Below are positions 1 through 9,771 of a stretch of DNA of 64,000 bases, piece by piece. The stretch lies in IMG/VR virus record IMGVR_UViG_2061766007_000378; one strand, 5' to 3'. The notes below the pieces were generated by a model, which saw only the letters and a list, made by a program, of their open reading frames with translations, did no database searches and had not been told where the DNA came from. Each line of letters starts with the position of its first letter. The stretch's first letter is position 1. Both the position numbers and the translations under genes were made by a program. The DNA is from an uncultured virus (IMG/VR IMGVR_UViG_2061766007_000378) (Duplodnaviria; Heunggongvirae; Uroviricota; Caudoviricetes).

Positions 1-141
1 GAATTGAACTTGAACTCTGTGGAATCCTTTCTCAGTAACGTTGTGCGGGATTTCTTTATCTGTGTATCGGTTGATGACCTTACCGTCTTCCGTTACGGCG
101 TGTGTTCCTCGCTGGAGGAACCATCTGTACATGTCAGTCAT
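1..141 (-). CDS. HNH endonuclease, N-terminal fragment (allelic copy of 6364..6740; runs off window)
   Basis: Minus strand reads MTDMYRWFLQRGTHAVTEDGKVINRYTDKEIPHNVTEKGFHRVQVQF, near-identical to the + strand ORF at 6364. Confidence 0.75.
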   Translation of the reverse strand, partial: MTDMYRWFLQRGTHAVTEDGKVINRYTDKEIPHNVTEKGFHRVQVQF

Positions 142-1643
142 TAGTCGCAGTCCTCCATTCTGATTCGAACATCTCTTCGGAATAGTCGATCTTCTGTTCC
201 AATGCTTTCTTCATTCCAATGTCAAGCCAATTGTTTTGGAAAAACAGATGATAGACTACGGTAGAGTTTTGACCGATTCGGTGNNNNNNNNNNCCCTTGC
301 TCCCAATCTTTGTAGAGCGGCATTGAGAAAATAATACACTGATTGTATTCCTGCCAGTTCTTTCCCGTAGAACCGGACGCAAAGTTAGCGAGGATAATGT
401 TCTTCTTCGACCGAAGCTTCTCGTAGTCTTTCATTTCGCAGTAGCGTTCGTAGAATACGAGAGACTTTATTTCGCCACAGTAGACGTCGACGTTATAACC
501 AAGCTCACTGCATATGTCATAGATCTCAAGTAATTCCGGAGTGTAATTATAAAACAGTACGTAGTTGTTTTCATTCTGCTCCAGAAACCGTTTAAGTTCG
601 TTAAGCCGAGAGTTGTCGTACCACACGGACTCTTCCGCGTTTCCCTGAAATCCGATCGACGCCTGACGTGCTCTGAGCCATGCGAGTCCGCTCGTCGTAG
701 CGAAGTATTTCATATCAGGGTAATCCAAGTTCCGGTAGAACGGATTTATGTCTTTCGTCGTTTTGTTTTCCGGGAGAAGGAGTTCTGGATGCGTACCGAT
801 AAGCTGCTCGTTAATAGTTTTTGCGGGGAGTTTCGGATACGAGAACAGGTCGAAACACTTGGTTTGTTTTTGAACGTGGTTCACAAAGATCTGCTCCGGT
901 AAATCGATGACGTCTTTTGACTTAATAGTGATCGCATACTTGTGGATCAGTTCGTAAAGAGTATCTAAGTTTTTGTATCCGACTATCGGCTGCTGATATC
1001 CAAGCAAGCCGGGACGGTTTCCTCTAATACAAAAGGTATCTACGAACTCTCCCTTCGTCATCTTACATCCGAGAAGTTTAAGCTGAGAGTACAAGTCAAC
1101 GAAGCCAGTAGTGAAAGGCGTTCCGCTTGCGAGATACGTGTAGACTGCCGAACCGACGATATGTAAGTTACGATGGATCATTTGGATCGCTTTCGTTTGG
1201 AGACTTTGTAAGTTCTTTATCTTGTGGGATTCGTCGATGATGAGAGCGATGCGTTTATCGACGCACTGTAAAAGGAAGTTAGTAATGCATTCCCGGAGTT
1301 GGACCGAAGTTCTCGCCGTAGTGTTCCGCTTGAACAAGGACTCGTAATTCAGGATTATCATGTCGAGATTTCGACCGTCTCTAATCGTATCTTTATTCGC
1401 GATCCGGTATGGGATCTCGGCTTGTTTTCCCCAATCCCACCATGAAGACGATACTGATTCGTCCTCTGTGGCTTTACTGTTAATCGTAATAACGATTATC
1501 TTATCGCACTTATTCTTTTCCGCGAGGGCAAGACTAACGGGAGTCTTGCCCAAACCGCAGTCTAGAAATAAGCCGTAAGAGCCGCGCGAAGCGGCGGTGT
1601 CTACTATTTTCTTTTGCCAGTCAAACAGCTTATCGTAAATCAA
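134..1643 (-). CDS. SNF2-family (SF2) helicase, interrupted by a 10-N gap
   Basis: GLFLDCGLGKT (motif I), IIDESH (motif II), ASGTP (motif III), C-terminal R-I-H-R-I-G-Q-like motif VI (complete in the copy at 5890); strong RBS before TTG. Confidence 0.9.
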
Positions 1644-1685
1644 CGTTCCTCCTCCTCCTTGTAGTTTGCGTACTTAACGAACAGT

Positions 1686-1910
1686 TCAGCAGGTTCCATA
1701 AGGGTTACCTCCATAGTATTCCTCTTCAGCTTTTTTTCTTATCGCTAAGGCATCTTCAATGGTCTTGAATGCCCCGAGATATTTTTCTTTCCCATCAACG
1801 ACTATGCGAGCTTGATAGTATTCGCTTTTATTGTTTCCGCCAGTCTTATAGACTCCGGGATATCCGGTCTTACTTCTTGGGGTTGCTTCTGTGTAAAACT
1901 TTTTTCTCAT
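1686..1910 (-). CDS. Stand-alone AP2-domain DNA-binding protein
   Basis: SKTGYPGV...YYQARIVVDGKEKYLGAFKTIEDALAIRKKAE matches the AP2 fold pattern. Confidence 0.8.
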   Translation of the reverse strand: MRKKFYTEATPRSKTGYPGVYKTGGNNKSEYYQARIVVDGKEKYLGAFKTIEDALAIRKKAEEEYYGGNPYGTC

Positions 1911-1933
1911 GTCAAGCTTCTCCTCCTATCTGA

Positions 1934-2350
1934 TTAGGCGATTCTCAAAAGACCGCCGAGAGCCGGTTTGATTTGAACCGTTCCGAATTCGGAACACCAT
2001 TCGTCGTCTTTGTTCCATACCCATGCGAATACTCCGAACGAACCGTCACCGACCGGATGTACTGAATATTCTTCATCCTCTTCATACTTGCCGGACCAAA
2101 GCATTGTGTAGAGTTCGCCGAAGTTGGTCATGTTATGAATGACCGCGTAGACGGTTCCGCCGTACTCTTCTTCGACCGCACGGATTTTGTTAACGAGTTC
2201 GGGCTCGTTCTTTTCGTCGACGTAGTAGCCGCCGTATCCTTCGTACATGGTCACAGTGCCTTTCTTATAGGCGTTGAGATACGGCTTGTAGCAGCCGATG
2301 GTTTCAAGGTAACGGATAGCGTTTTGTTTTTGTTGGTCTTTAGTAATCAC
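1934..2350 (-). CDS. Hypothetical early protein
   Basis: 138 aa ORF with RBS and its own CGGCTT-N20-TATAAT promoter. Confidence 0.75.
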   Translation of the reverse strand: MITKDQQKQNAIRYLETIGCYKPYLNAYKKGTVTMYEGYGGYYVDEKNEPELVNKIRAVEEEYGGTVYAVIHNMTNFGELYTMLWSGKYEEDEEYSVHPVGDGSFGVFAWVWNKDDEWCSEFGTVQIKPALGGLLRIA

Positions 2351-2382
2351 AACTGTTTACTTCCTTTCTTTATTGTGCCTTT

Positions 2383-2414
2383 ATTATACTGTATATGATT
2401 TTGATTTCAAGCCG
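2383..2414 (-). promoter_or_regulatory. CGGCTT-N20-TATAAT promoter
   Basis: cggctt gaaatcaaaatcatatacag tataat on minus strand. Confidence 0.8.
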
Positions 2415-2428
2415 GGAAGGGAAGGGGA

Positions 2429-3020
2429 TTATTCATCCCCTTCTTCATCCTCAGAATTCCAGAGATTGTTGGTGAACTCGTCGGCAGAGTCCAACGTATT
2501 CGGTTNNNNNNNNNNGATTCCAGAGATTGTTGGTGAACTCGTCGGCAGAGTCCAACGTATTCGGTTCGAATGCATGCATGACTCCGTCCGGTGTGTAAAC
2601 GTCGGGTTTCTTGTACCATACGATTCCGCAGTTCTTATTGCCCGCGCATTCGTCGGCGTACGCATGCTCAACGATGATGTCGAACTTTTCCGCGATAGCA
2701 CGAATAACGGGAGTCGGCGGAGCCCATGCGGTCCAAAATGAAATGGTATCATGAGGTTGACCGTCTTCGAAGGGTTCGGAGTTGTAGGCGTTCCACTTAG
2801 TGCCCCAGTTTTCGGTGGACCAATCGTACCAGTTTTGGTCGCCGTACTTCTCGCGTTCCTGCTGGCCTAGGGGGCCCTGATAGATGTTGTCCGGCATAGG
2901 AATGACTTTGTTAAAGTCAATGGTTCCGAGTCCATTGGAACCGGCGATGGAAGTAAGAACGGTCTTCAGTTTTTCGTCGTCACAAATGAACGTGACTCTG
3001 TTAAGAACATGATTTGGCAT
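2429..3020 (-). CDS. DUF1281/YubB ferredoxin-like domain protein (gap with ~50 bp duplicated on either side)
   Basis: MPNH..NR, DFNKVIPMP, WYDW...NWGTKWNA, FWTAWAPP signature motifs. Confidence 0.8.
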
Positions 3021-3051
3021 AATGTAAATCTCCTTTTGTTATTGTACTTTT

Positions 3052-3083
3052 ATTATACTGCATATGATTTTGATTTCAAGCCG
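3052..3083 (-). promoter_or_regulatory. CGGCTT-N20-TATAAT promoter
   Basis: Differs by one base from the 2383-2414 promoter. Confidence 0.8.
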
Positions 3084-3087
3084 AATA

Positions 3088-3168
3088 TTTTTTCCCGCCA
3101 CGGGAACCGGCAAAGCCGGTCCCGCTTTGGGAAAGGAAGAATGATATGGATGAATTGGTTTTTGTACT
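3088..3168 (-). ncRNA. Putative small RNA with anti-Shine-Dalgarno segment and GC-rich hairpin
   Basis: Downstream of promoter 3175-3206, no RBS-led ORF, hairpin cgggaaccggc-aaa-gccggtcccg. Confidence 0.35.
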
Positions 3169-3174
3169 GTATTC

Positions 3175-3206
3175 ATTATACCATAGTCGGTTTTAGTTGT
3201 AAGCCG
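3175..3206 (-). promoter_or_regulatory. CGGCTT-N20-TATAAT promoter
   Basis: cggctt acaactaaaaccgactatgg tataat. Confidence 0.75.
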
Positions 3207-3230
3207 GGGTTTGAGATTTTTTTTCTCCTT

Positions 3231-3259
3231 AGCGGAGCCGCCGTTGCCGGCGGTCCGCT
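3231..3259. terminator. GC-rich hairpin after the vWA gene
   Basis: agcggagccgccg-ttgc-cggcggtccgct; no clear U-tract on the minus strand. Confidence 0.45.
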
Positions 3260-3271
3260 TCGGATGTCCGC

Positions 3272-4942
3272 TCACCTGAGCATCCGCTTGAGCGCAGTCA
3301 TGACCTTTTCTTCGAAGAGTTCTGCGTAGTCGCTGCTCACGATGGTGGAGTTTGCTTTCTTGCAGAGCTTCTTGATCCGGTCCTCGTTGTCGGTGTCGGA
3401 GATGATGTAACAGTTCGGATGGTTGAACGCTGCCCATGCACGCTTGTGCTCGTCAAGTCTTTTCAGGTAGTACTGACTCTCGCCGTCGAAGACAACAAGG
3501 TTGTACGTCATGGCCGTAGGATCCTGAAGCCGTTTGTAGATGTCGAAGATCTCGCGACCTAACGCGTTGCCTCCGCCGCACACGATCTCACGCTCGTTCT
3601 TGCCTGCGATCTCCGTGGTCTGTCCGCACTTCACGACGTTCAGCGTGAAGTTAGGAAGCCGACGCTCTATCATCGAGAGGGCCTTGATGATCTCATTGAG
3701 CTTTTTCTGAGATCCTGTAAAAGATCCGGAGACGTCGCAGAACAGGTTGATCCGCAAGCCGACGAACCGGGCGAACTGTCCCTGCGGGTTTTCTTTTTCC
3801 CACCATTTGTAGTTTTCCGGACGGCCTGCTCTGTGGATCAGCTTAGGGTCAAGTTTTCCGGAGTAGGCCGGAGTAGCTCCCGCCGTGCGGCCGCGCTTTT
3901 TGATCGACGCCTCAACAAGCCGGGAGATTTTGCCCGCAAGCTCCGTGCCTTCGTACTGGTGGAACACGCTGTCGATGGCCGCCTTGAGCGTTTCGCGTGT
4001 GTCCGCGTTAAGCTCATTGATGATCGTCTCAAGGTTTTCGGGCGGGATGCGATTGCTCAGCGAAGCCGGACCGTTGGATTTCGTTTTCTGGTCTGTGGTT
4101 TCGTCTTCGGTTGAAGCCGAATCCTCAGAGCCGGTGTCCTCAGTATCCGCACCGTCGGTTGAAGCCGAACCCTCAGACTCATCCTCATTCTTGCCCTCGC
4201 CGTCGTGCGTGCCTTCAGGCGTTCCATTAGGCGTTCCATCAGGCGTGCCCTCATGCGTCTCGCTTTCGTGTGAAGCCGAAGTCGCATTGGTTTCCGTACC
4301 GTTTTTGGTGCCTCCGTTGTTTGAAGCTGAACTATTGTTTGAAGCCGGACCGTTTTGGTTTCCGCTCATAGCTGCGTTGAATACGTCGCGCACTTTGCGC
4401 CAGAACTCGTTCACGTCTTCTATATAGTCGTGGATGGTCTCCCAGTCATCAGTGGCCGCGTTCAGAGCCGCGTGCTTTTTAATGATATCATAGACTTCCT
4501 TGACGAGGTCCGCAGGTCCTTCGCCGTAGCGCACGATATCGTAGAAGAATTGCATGGGTGAAGCCGGAGCTTCAGGCATCGTGTGGTTGTTGATAAGCCG
4601 AACGTTTTTCTGGAAGTCGACGTTCATGTAGAACGCTTTGAGCAGGGTCTCAATGCGCTGGTCTTCGAACACGTTGATTATGTCCGTGACCCGCATGTTC
4701 TTAGGGGTTAAAATCGCGTGGCTGATCTCGTGGTACAGGACGCCGCGAACGATTTCCTCCGCGTGGGGATCGGTCTCGCTTAAGCCGTCAAGCGGGAGCA
4801 TTTTGAAGCCGACGACGATGCAATAGTGCATGGGGTCGTAGTAGCTGTTCTGTCCGGGATCAAGCCGAACGTCGATCTTGTGGCCGAGGTAGTAACCGAC
4901 AGGGAGCGTGCGCATGATGCGTGAAACTTTTTCGAATTCCAT
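3272..4942 (-). CDS. Metallopeptidase-like (HEXXH) plus vWA domain protein, partner of a MoxR-type AAA+ ATPase
   Basis: LYHEISH and FEDQRIE in the N-terminal domain, acidic low-complexity linker, MIDAS DVSGS and VVFDG; RBS before ATG at 4942. Confidence 0.85.
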   Translation of the reverse strand: MEFEKVSRIMRTLPVGYYLGHKIDVRLDPGQNSYYDPMHYCIVVGFKMLPLDGLSETDPHAEEIVRGVLYHEISHAILTPKNMRVTDIINVFEDQRIETLLKAFYMNVDFQKNVRLINNHTMPEAPASPMQFFYDIVRYGEGPADLVKEVYDIIKKHAALNAATDDWETIHDYIEDVNEFWRKVRDVFNAAMSGNQNGPASNNSSASNNGGTKNGTETNATSASHESETHEGTPDGTPNGTPEGTHDGEGKNEDESEGSASTDGADTEDTGSEDSASTEDETTDQKTKSNGPASLSNRIPPENLETIINELNADTRETLKAAIDSVFHQYEGTELAGKISRLVEASIKKRGRTAGATPAYSGKLDPKLIHRAGRPENYKWWEKENPQGQFARFVGLRINLFCDVSGSFTGSQKKLNEIIKALSMIERRLPNFTLNVVKCGQTTEIAGKNEREIVCGGGNALGREIFDIYKRLQDPTAMTYNLVVFDGESQYYLKRLDEHKRAWAAFNHPNCYIISDTDNEDRIKKLCKKANSTIVSSDYAELFEEKVMTALKRMLR

Positions 4943-4972
4943 AATCTTGTTCCTTTCTGTATTGTGCATTCA

Positions 4973-5003
4973 TTATACTGCATATGATTTTGATTCTAAG
5001 CCG
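4973..5003 (-). promoter_or_regulatory. CGGCTT-N20-TATAAT promoter
   Basis: cggctt agaatcaaaatcatatgcag tataat. Confidence 0.8.
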
Positions 5004-5022
5004 ATGAACTTGAGGCCTTGCC

Positions 5023-5879
5023 TTAGAAGGCAAAGCTCTCAAGCACGCTTGCGTCCGCTTTAAATTCCTTGATGACGGACGCGCGGTCCACAATGGGCTC
5101 GGGCAGACTGAAGACCTGTCCGTTGACGACCAAGTTCATAGTGGCGATGATCTTGAAGCCGGGAGCGATGGTGATCGTTTCGCCTTCGAAGTCGAACGCC
5201 GTTTTGTTGTCCAGCAGACCTTGCAGGAAGCGCATGCTCTGCATGGGCAGCAAGTTGAACTCATCGAGTATGTGCGGGCGGCCTGCGATCATGTCATCGA
5301 GTAAAGCCGAATGTTTGAAGACCGGATTGCCGTTGGCGTCGTTAAAGTCGAAGACTTTCAGAAGGTCGTGCGAGTCTTTGGTTTCGTCGCACACGGTCAC
5401 GGTCGCGGTCGGGTACTTGGCGATCGCCTCCGAGCTTTTGCCTGTGCCTTGCGGGCCGAAGTAGATTTCAAGCCGAGAGTTGATTTCCTTGCCCGTGGCA
5501 AGCGCGTTCCCTTCATTGTAAAGCATATCAAATTCGGGGGACTTGAGCTTGTCCGTGATGGCGTCCGTGTCCGGATGGTCGGACAGCATGCAATAGGCGG
5601 TCACGTAGCGTTTGGCCGCTGCGAGCGAGCGCTGACGGATGAGCGTGTTTGTGAAGCGTGCGCTTACCGCGAAATCAAACTCGCTGAAGAATTTCAGCAA
5701 GCCGACGCTGAAGTCGTGCCGTTTCTGTTTGATTTCTTCGGTTACAGTCACGATCTCAGGGGCAGGGACAGGGGCAGAAGCTAAATCCTCAAACGCACAG
5801 GCAGGGGCCCCGGTGATCGGAACTGCCGTTGCGGTAGTGGTAGCGTAAGCCGACGGTCTTACCACACGGGGGGCCCCCC
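5023..5879 (-). CDS. MoxR/dynein-related AAA+ ATPase (5' end lost in gap)
   Basis: Walker A GPQGTGKS, Walker B ILDEFN, IIATMN sensor, LPEPIVDR arginine finger. Confidence 0.85.
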
Positions 5880-5889
5880 NNNNNNNNNN

Positions 5890-6371
5890 CATCTCGGCTT
5901 AACGAACTTAAAAGGTTCCTTGAGCAGAATGAAAACAACTACGTGCTGTTTTATAATTACACTCCGGAATTACTTGAGATCTATGACATATGCAGCGAGC
6001 TTGGTTACAACGTCGACGTCTACTGCGGTGAAGTAAAGTCTCTCGTATTCTACGAACGCTACTGCGAAATGAAAGACTACGAGAAGCTTCGGTCGAAGAA
6101 GAATATTATCCTCGCTAACTTTGCGTCTGGTTCTACGGGAAAGAACTGGCAGGAATACAATCAGTGCATTATTTTCTCAATGCCGCTCTACAAAGACTGG
6201 GAGCAAGGAATTAAAAGGATTCACCGAATCGGTCAAAACTCTACCGTAGTCTATCATCTGTTTTTCCAAAATAATTGGCTTGACATTGGAATGAAGAAAG
6301 CGTTGGAACAGAAGATCGACTATTCCGAAGAGATGTTCGAATCAGAATGGAGGACTGCGACTAATGACTGA
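5890..6371 (+). CDS. SNF2 helicase C-terminal part (allelic inverted duplicate of 134..~615)
   Basis: Protein almost identical to the C-terminus of the first helicase copy; includes QGIKRIHRIGQ. Confidence 0.85.
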
Positions 6372-7054
6372 CATGTACAGATGGTTTCTCCAGCGAGGAA
6401 CGCACACCGTAACGGAAGACGGTAAGATCATCAACCGATACACGGGAAAAGAACTCCCGCACAACGTTACTGAGAAAGGATTCCATAGAGTTCAAGTTCA
6501 ATTCCGTTGGGGCAGCGGAGTAAAGACGCAATGGTTTTACGTGCATAAGCTAGTTGCGACGGCTTACGTACGCAAGCCCTCTCCGGATTACAAGACCGTT
6601 CGTCACATAGACGGAGACAAGAACAACAACTCCGCGGCTAACCTTCAGTGGTGCAGATCGCTTCGCGAAGCGGTTAAGATCGCTCATCAGAAAGAACGAT
6701 ACGACAAAGAGAAGATGAAGACTGCGGCTTGTAAGAAGCTNNNNNNNNNNCCAATTCCGTTGGGGCAGCGGAGTAAAGACTCAATGGTTTTACGTGCATA
6801 AGCTAGTTGCGACGGCTTACGTACGCAAGCCATCTCCGGATTACAAAGCCGTTCGTCACATAGACGGAGACAAGAACAACAACTCCGCGGCTAACCTTNN
6901 NNNNNNNNCCTTGCCGTTGACATCCTCAATAACAGACAGATCGAATTCAACAGCGTACTGGAAGCGTCTCTCTGGTTAAGCACTTCCGGCTTAACCCCTA
7001 ATAAGCAGGCTTCTATCAGAAGTCATTTAAGCGCCGTACTAAAAAGGGCGAAGC
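6364..7054 (+). CDS. HNH homing endonuclease with C-terminal NUMOD1/IENR1 domain (fragmented by gaps and allelic duplicates)
   Basis: YVHKLVATAYV...VRHIDGDKNNNSAANLQWC, then FNSVLEASLWL...SAVLKRAKPSAYGYMW (also at 10189..10419). Confidence 0.8.
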
Positions 7055-7162
7055 CNNNNNNNNNNNNNNNNNNNNNNNNNNNNNNNNNNNNNNNNNNNNN
7101 NNNNNNNNNNNNNNNNNNNNNNNNNNNNNNNNNNNNNNNNNNNNNNNNNNNNNNNNNNNNNN

Positions 7163-7314
7163 AAGACGACGACTTCGACATCTCGGTCGCTCTGTCTGGA
7201 ATCGACATGAACCCGAGTACGGTCCGAGTGTACGACTTCAGCACTCCGAAGGGAAGAGTGTTCGTTGAAGTCTGGCCGGGCGGACATATCAAGATCGACA
7301 AGAGCCAGCTATGA
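7163..7314 (+). CDS. Hypothetical protein, C-terminal part (N-terminus at 10033..10164, minus strand)
   Basis: DDDFDISVALSGIDMNPSTVRVYDF...KSQL*; shares DDDFDISVAL with the 10033..10164 fragment; TGA overlaps the VRR-NUC ATG. Confidence 0.6.
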
Positions 7315-7613
7315 AAACACCGGAAAGAAAAGTCAAAGACGAGATCGCAGCGTATCTCCAGAAGAGATCCTCTGCCGGCGACAAGATATACGGCGAAGCC
7401 CGCGAAGCGGGAGGATACACGTATAAGAAAGGCCTACCGGACATTTGGATCGTCTACAACGGAATCCACCTTGAGGTAGAGATCAAGGGCCCCCGGGGGG
7501 TACGCTCTCCGATGCAGATCAAATGGGAGCAGATCTTTAACCGCTTAGGGATCAGATACTGCTGCGTCTCGTCGGTAGAAGAACTCGATACTATACTGAA
7601 AGGAATGGTTTAA
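7311..7613 (+). CDS. VRR-NUC domain nuclease (Holliday junction resolvase-like)
   Basis: PERKVK, GLPDI, EVEIK, SPMQ motifs. Confidence 0.85.
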   Translation: MKTPERKVKDEIAAYLQKRSSAGDKIYGEAREAGGYTYKKGLPDIWIVYNGIHLEVEIKGPRGVRSPMQIKWEQIFNRLGIRYCCVSSVEELDTILKGMV

Positions 7614-7820
7614 ATGTACGAAACTTTGCGAAGCATCTATCTGAAAACGAAAGAGTATATAAAAATACTGCGCGTTTATACTCACGACCATATCTTACTC
7701 GAAGAGTTAGGAGACGAGGAAAGCATCCGTAAGTACGTCGACGATTTCGGCGATCATCACGTAGATAATTTCCAGTTGCTTCATAACGCGTCAGTATTCG
7801 AGTTCACGTTTTCAGATTAA
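7614..7820 (+). CDS. Hypothetical protein
   Basis: 68 aa ORF abutting VRR-NUC, followed by a hairpin. Confidence 0.6.
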   Translation: MYETLRSIYLKTKEYIKILRVYTHDHILLEELGDEESIRKYVDDFGDHHVDNFQLLHNASVFEFTFSD

Positions 7821-7850
7821 AAAAAAAGGAGGGCAGTATAACTGCCCTCC
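7819..7850 (-). terminator. Intrinsic terminator between convergent genes
   Basis: ggagggcagt-ata-actgccctcc with an A-tract on the left (U-tract on minus strand). Confidence 0.75.
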
Positions 7851-7932
7851 CCAAAACTCAGGAAAAGAAAGAGAAACCCAAGTTTTAATTTATATAAAAG
7901 GAGAAGTTCGGCTTACTTTTTATTCGGCCGCT

Positions 7933-8928
7933 TTAACCCTTTATAGCGTCTTTAATTTCACGGAGAGTATTTATATATTCATCTCTTGCATCCATATATT
8001 TAATAAACATCTCCCGCGTAATTAAATCATGTGCGTAAGCGAACGCTATCCCGTAAAAGTTTCTTGGTCCGTCCATCTCTTCGCTTATCATATCGATATA
8101 CTTCTTAGCAGACGGTACGTCATCCGTAGCGTCGATCACTTTAGCCGGTTTCATACCCTTAAAAGCAAGCTGATTGCCTATATAAGACCAGAATCCGTAA
8201 TTCCGATTCATTTTATCGAAAAAGTCTTTCTCGTACTCTTGCATATAATTTAAAAGTTCGCGAAGAGTTCTGGCTTTAGACTGCATCATTATTTTATTGA
8301 TCTGGATCTTATCGTCATTAGTAAGCCCGAGATCGATCGCTTTCTTTCTGAGAAGATCGTTGACCTGCTCATGATGTTCCGTGGAAAGCTCGGTGAAAAC
8401 TGTTCCGTTCCGATACAGATCTTTGTGAAGCGCTTCGGCTTCTTCCAACGTTTTGACGTTAGCTACGGCTTCTTTCGCCCGTAAGTAATTGAACCATTCT
8501 GTTTTTCCTGATTCGGCTTCTCTGTAGCCTTCGACTTCTTCTTCATAAGAGTCTCCCATTGCTGTTCTTACTCTAACGTTATTAAGCTTATTGTGTAAGT
8601 AAGCCCAAACGGGGTACGCGTTCGTACGGGTAATAAGCCCTTGCACATGGCGCGAAAGATAGTCGAACACGTCGTCTGGATCTTTCCCTCCGAGCTTCCA
8701 AGACTCGACGAACTCGTCGACGGCGTCTTTCGTTTCCGGGTTAACGTACTGCGCGGCTTTCTTTAAGAGAAGGCTCTCAAGCAGTTCTCTCTGCGCTCTC
8801 GTACGGATCGCGCCTTTATAAGTATGAAGAAGGTTGCGTACGCCGTTAAGTCTTTCCGGACTGTCGATACCTTCGACCAATTCTTTTAATTCTTCAAACG
8901 TAAATCCTTTATCGTTTACTTCTACCAT
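7933..8928 (-). CDS. Hypothetical modular protein (possible head cargo)
   Basis: 331 aa; modules separated by TKDAV, MGDSY, VIDAT, IKDAI. Confidence 0.7.
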   Translation of the reverse strand: MVEVNDKGFTFEELKELVEGIDSPERLNGVRNLLHTYKGAIRTRAQRELLESLLLKKAAQYVNPETKDAVDEFVESWKLGGKDPDDVFDYLSRHVQGLITRTNAYPVWAYLHNKLNNVRVRTAMGDSYEEEVEGYREAESGKTEWFNYLRAKEAVANVKTLEEAEALHKDLYRNGTVFTELSTEHHEQVNDLLRKKAIDLGLTNDDKIQINKIMMQSKARTLRELLNYMQEYEKDFFDKMNRNYGFWSYIGNQLAFKGMKPAKVIDATDDVPSAKKYIDMISEEMDGPRNFYGIAFAYAHDLITREMFIKYMDARDEYINTLREIKDAIKG

Positions 8929-8931
8929 TTC

Positions 8932-9771
8932 TCAGATCCTCTTTCCTATGATATACTCTTTGCCGTTGAACAGACACGTAGCGAGGACGCTGTAGTTCGG
9001 ATCCGCGTGGATCAGATTATCGCCGATATAATCCGCGTCGACTGAATCCTCTACCGTGAGAACGTCGTTGTTCTTATCGTACAAGTACACGATGAGCTTA
9101 GACTTCGCGACTTCTTCCGGCTTAAGCTCGGAAGAATCCGGGAGACTCTTGATCAAGGAGTTAAATCTTTCCGCGTCCGATCTCTCGTCTTCACTATTCG
9201 GCTTACTCTCTTCTTCGGCTTCTTCTTCAAGCTCTTTCGCGTAATTGAGCAGACCATCGTAATCGTCGTCGTTTAAGAACTCGGCGTAATACTCGGTCTC
9301 CGTGCGGACGTCTTTCGCGGTTTCGGCTTTATTCCCCCAGCGCAGCTGTCTCGCGGCTTCGGTATAGATCTCATCCGCAATTTTCCCGGAGAGGTCGATC
9401 ATGAGCCTGTCCTCGATCCGGATGTCGTCCAGCGAATCTTTTTTGATCTTTCCCTTGCGGGCTTCCTTCTCTTCCTTCTCGTCGAGACTGACGACCTTGC
9501 GAGAGTAGATCCCGACCCAGTTCAACAGTCGGCTTCCTTGTCTCAGTTCGATGTCCAGCCGTCCTGTGTCCCACACCTTCTGAAGTTCCTCGTCGGTGTA
9601 TTTCAATTGCGTGTTTACGTAGTTCTTAAACTCTTTGTACGCCGGCTTAAGTTCGTTGAATTTTTTAATGGAATACCAAGTGAAAGCGTTATCAATGAAC
9701 GTCCCCAAATAAATTTCAAAGACGTCCGAATTCGACTTAACTTCTTTCGCCTTGTTTACTTTCTTAGGCAT
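8932..9771 (-). CDS. Hypothetical modular protein (possible head cargo)
   Basis: 279 aa with RBS; KKDSL, IEDRL, VEDSV motifs. Confidence 0.7.
   Translation of the reverse strand: MPKKVNKAKEVKSNSDVFEIYLGTFIDNAFTWYSIKKFNELKPAYKEFKNYVNTQLKYTDEELQKVWDTGRLDIELRQGSRLLNWVGIYSRKVVSLDEKEEKEARKGKIKKDSLDDIRIEDRLMIDLSGKIADEIYTEAARQLRWGNKAETAKDVRTETEYYAEFLNDDDYDGLLNYAKELEEEAEEESKPNSEDERSDAERFNSLIKSLPDSSELKPEEVAKSKLIVYLYDKNNDVLTVEDSVDADYIGDNLIHADPNYSVLATCLFNGKEYIIGKRI

Noticed and set aside
2456..2565. Tandem ~50-bp duplication in the DUF1281 gene
   Set aside because: Identical sequence on both sides of a 10-N gap; scaffolding overlap artefact
1..6504. Invertible segment or terminal inverted repeats
   Set aside because: The inverted copies are gene fragments that abut scaffold gaps and differ by SNPs, with no recombinase nearby; best explained as strain alleles
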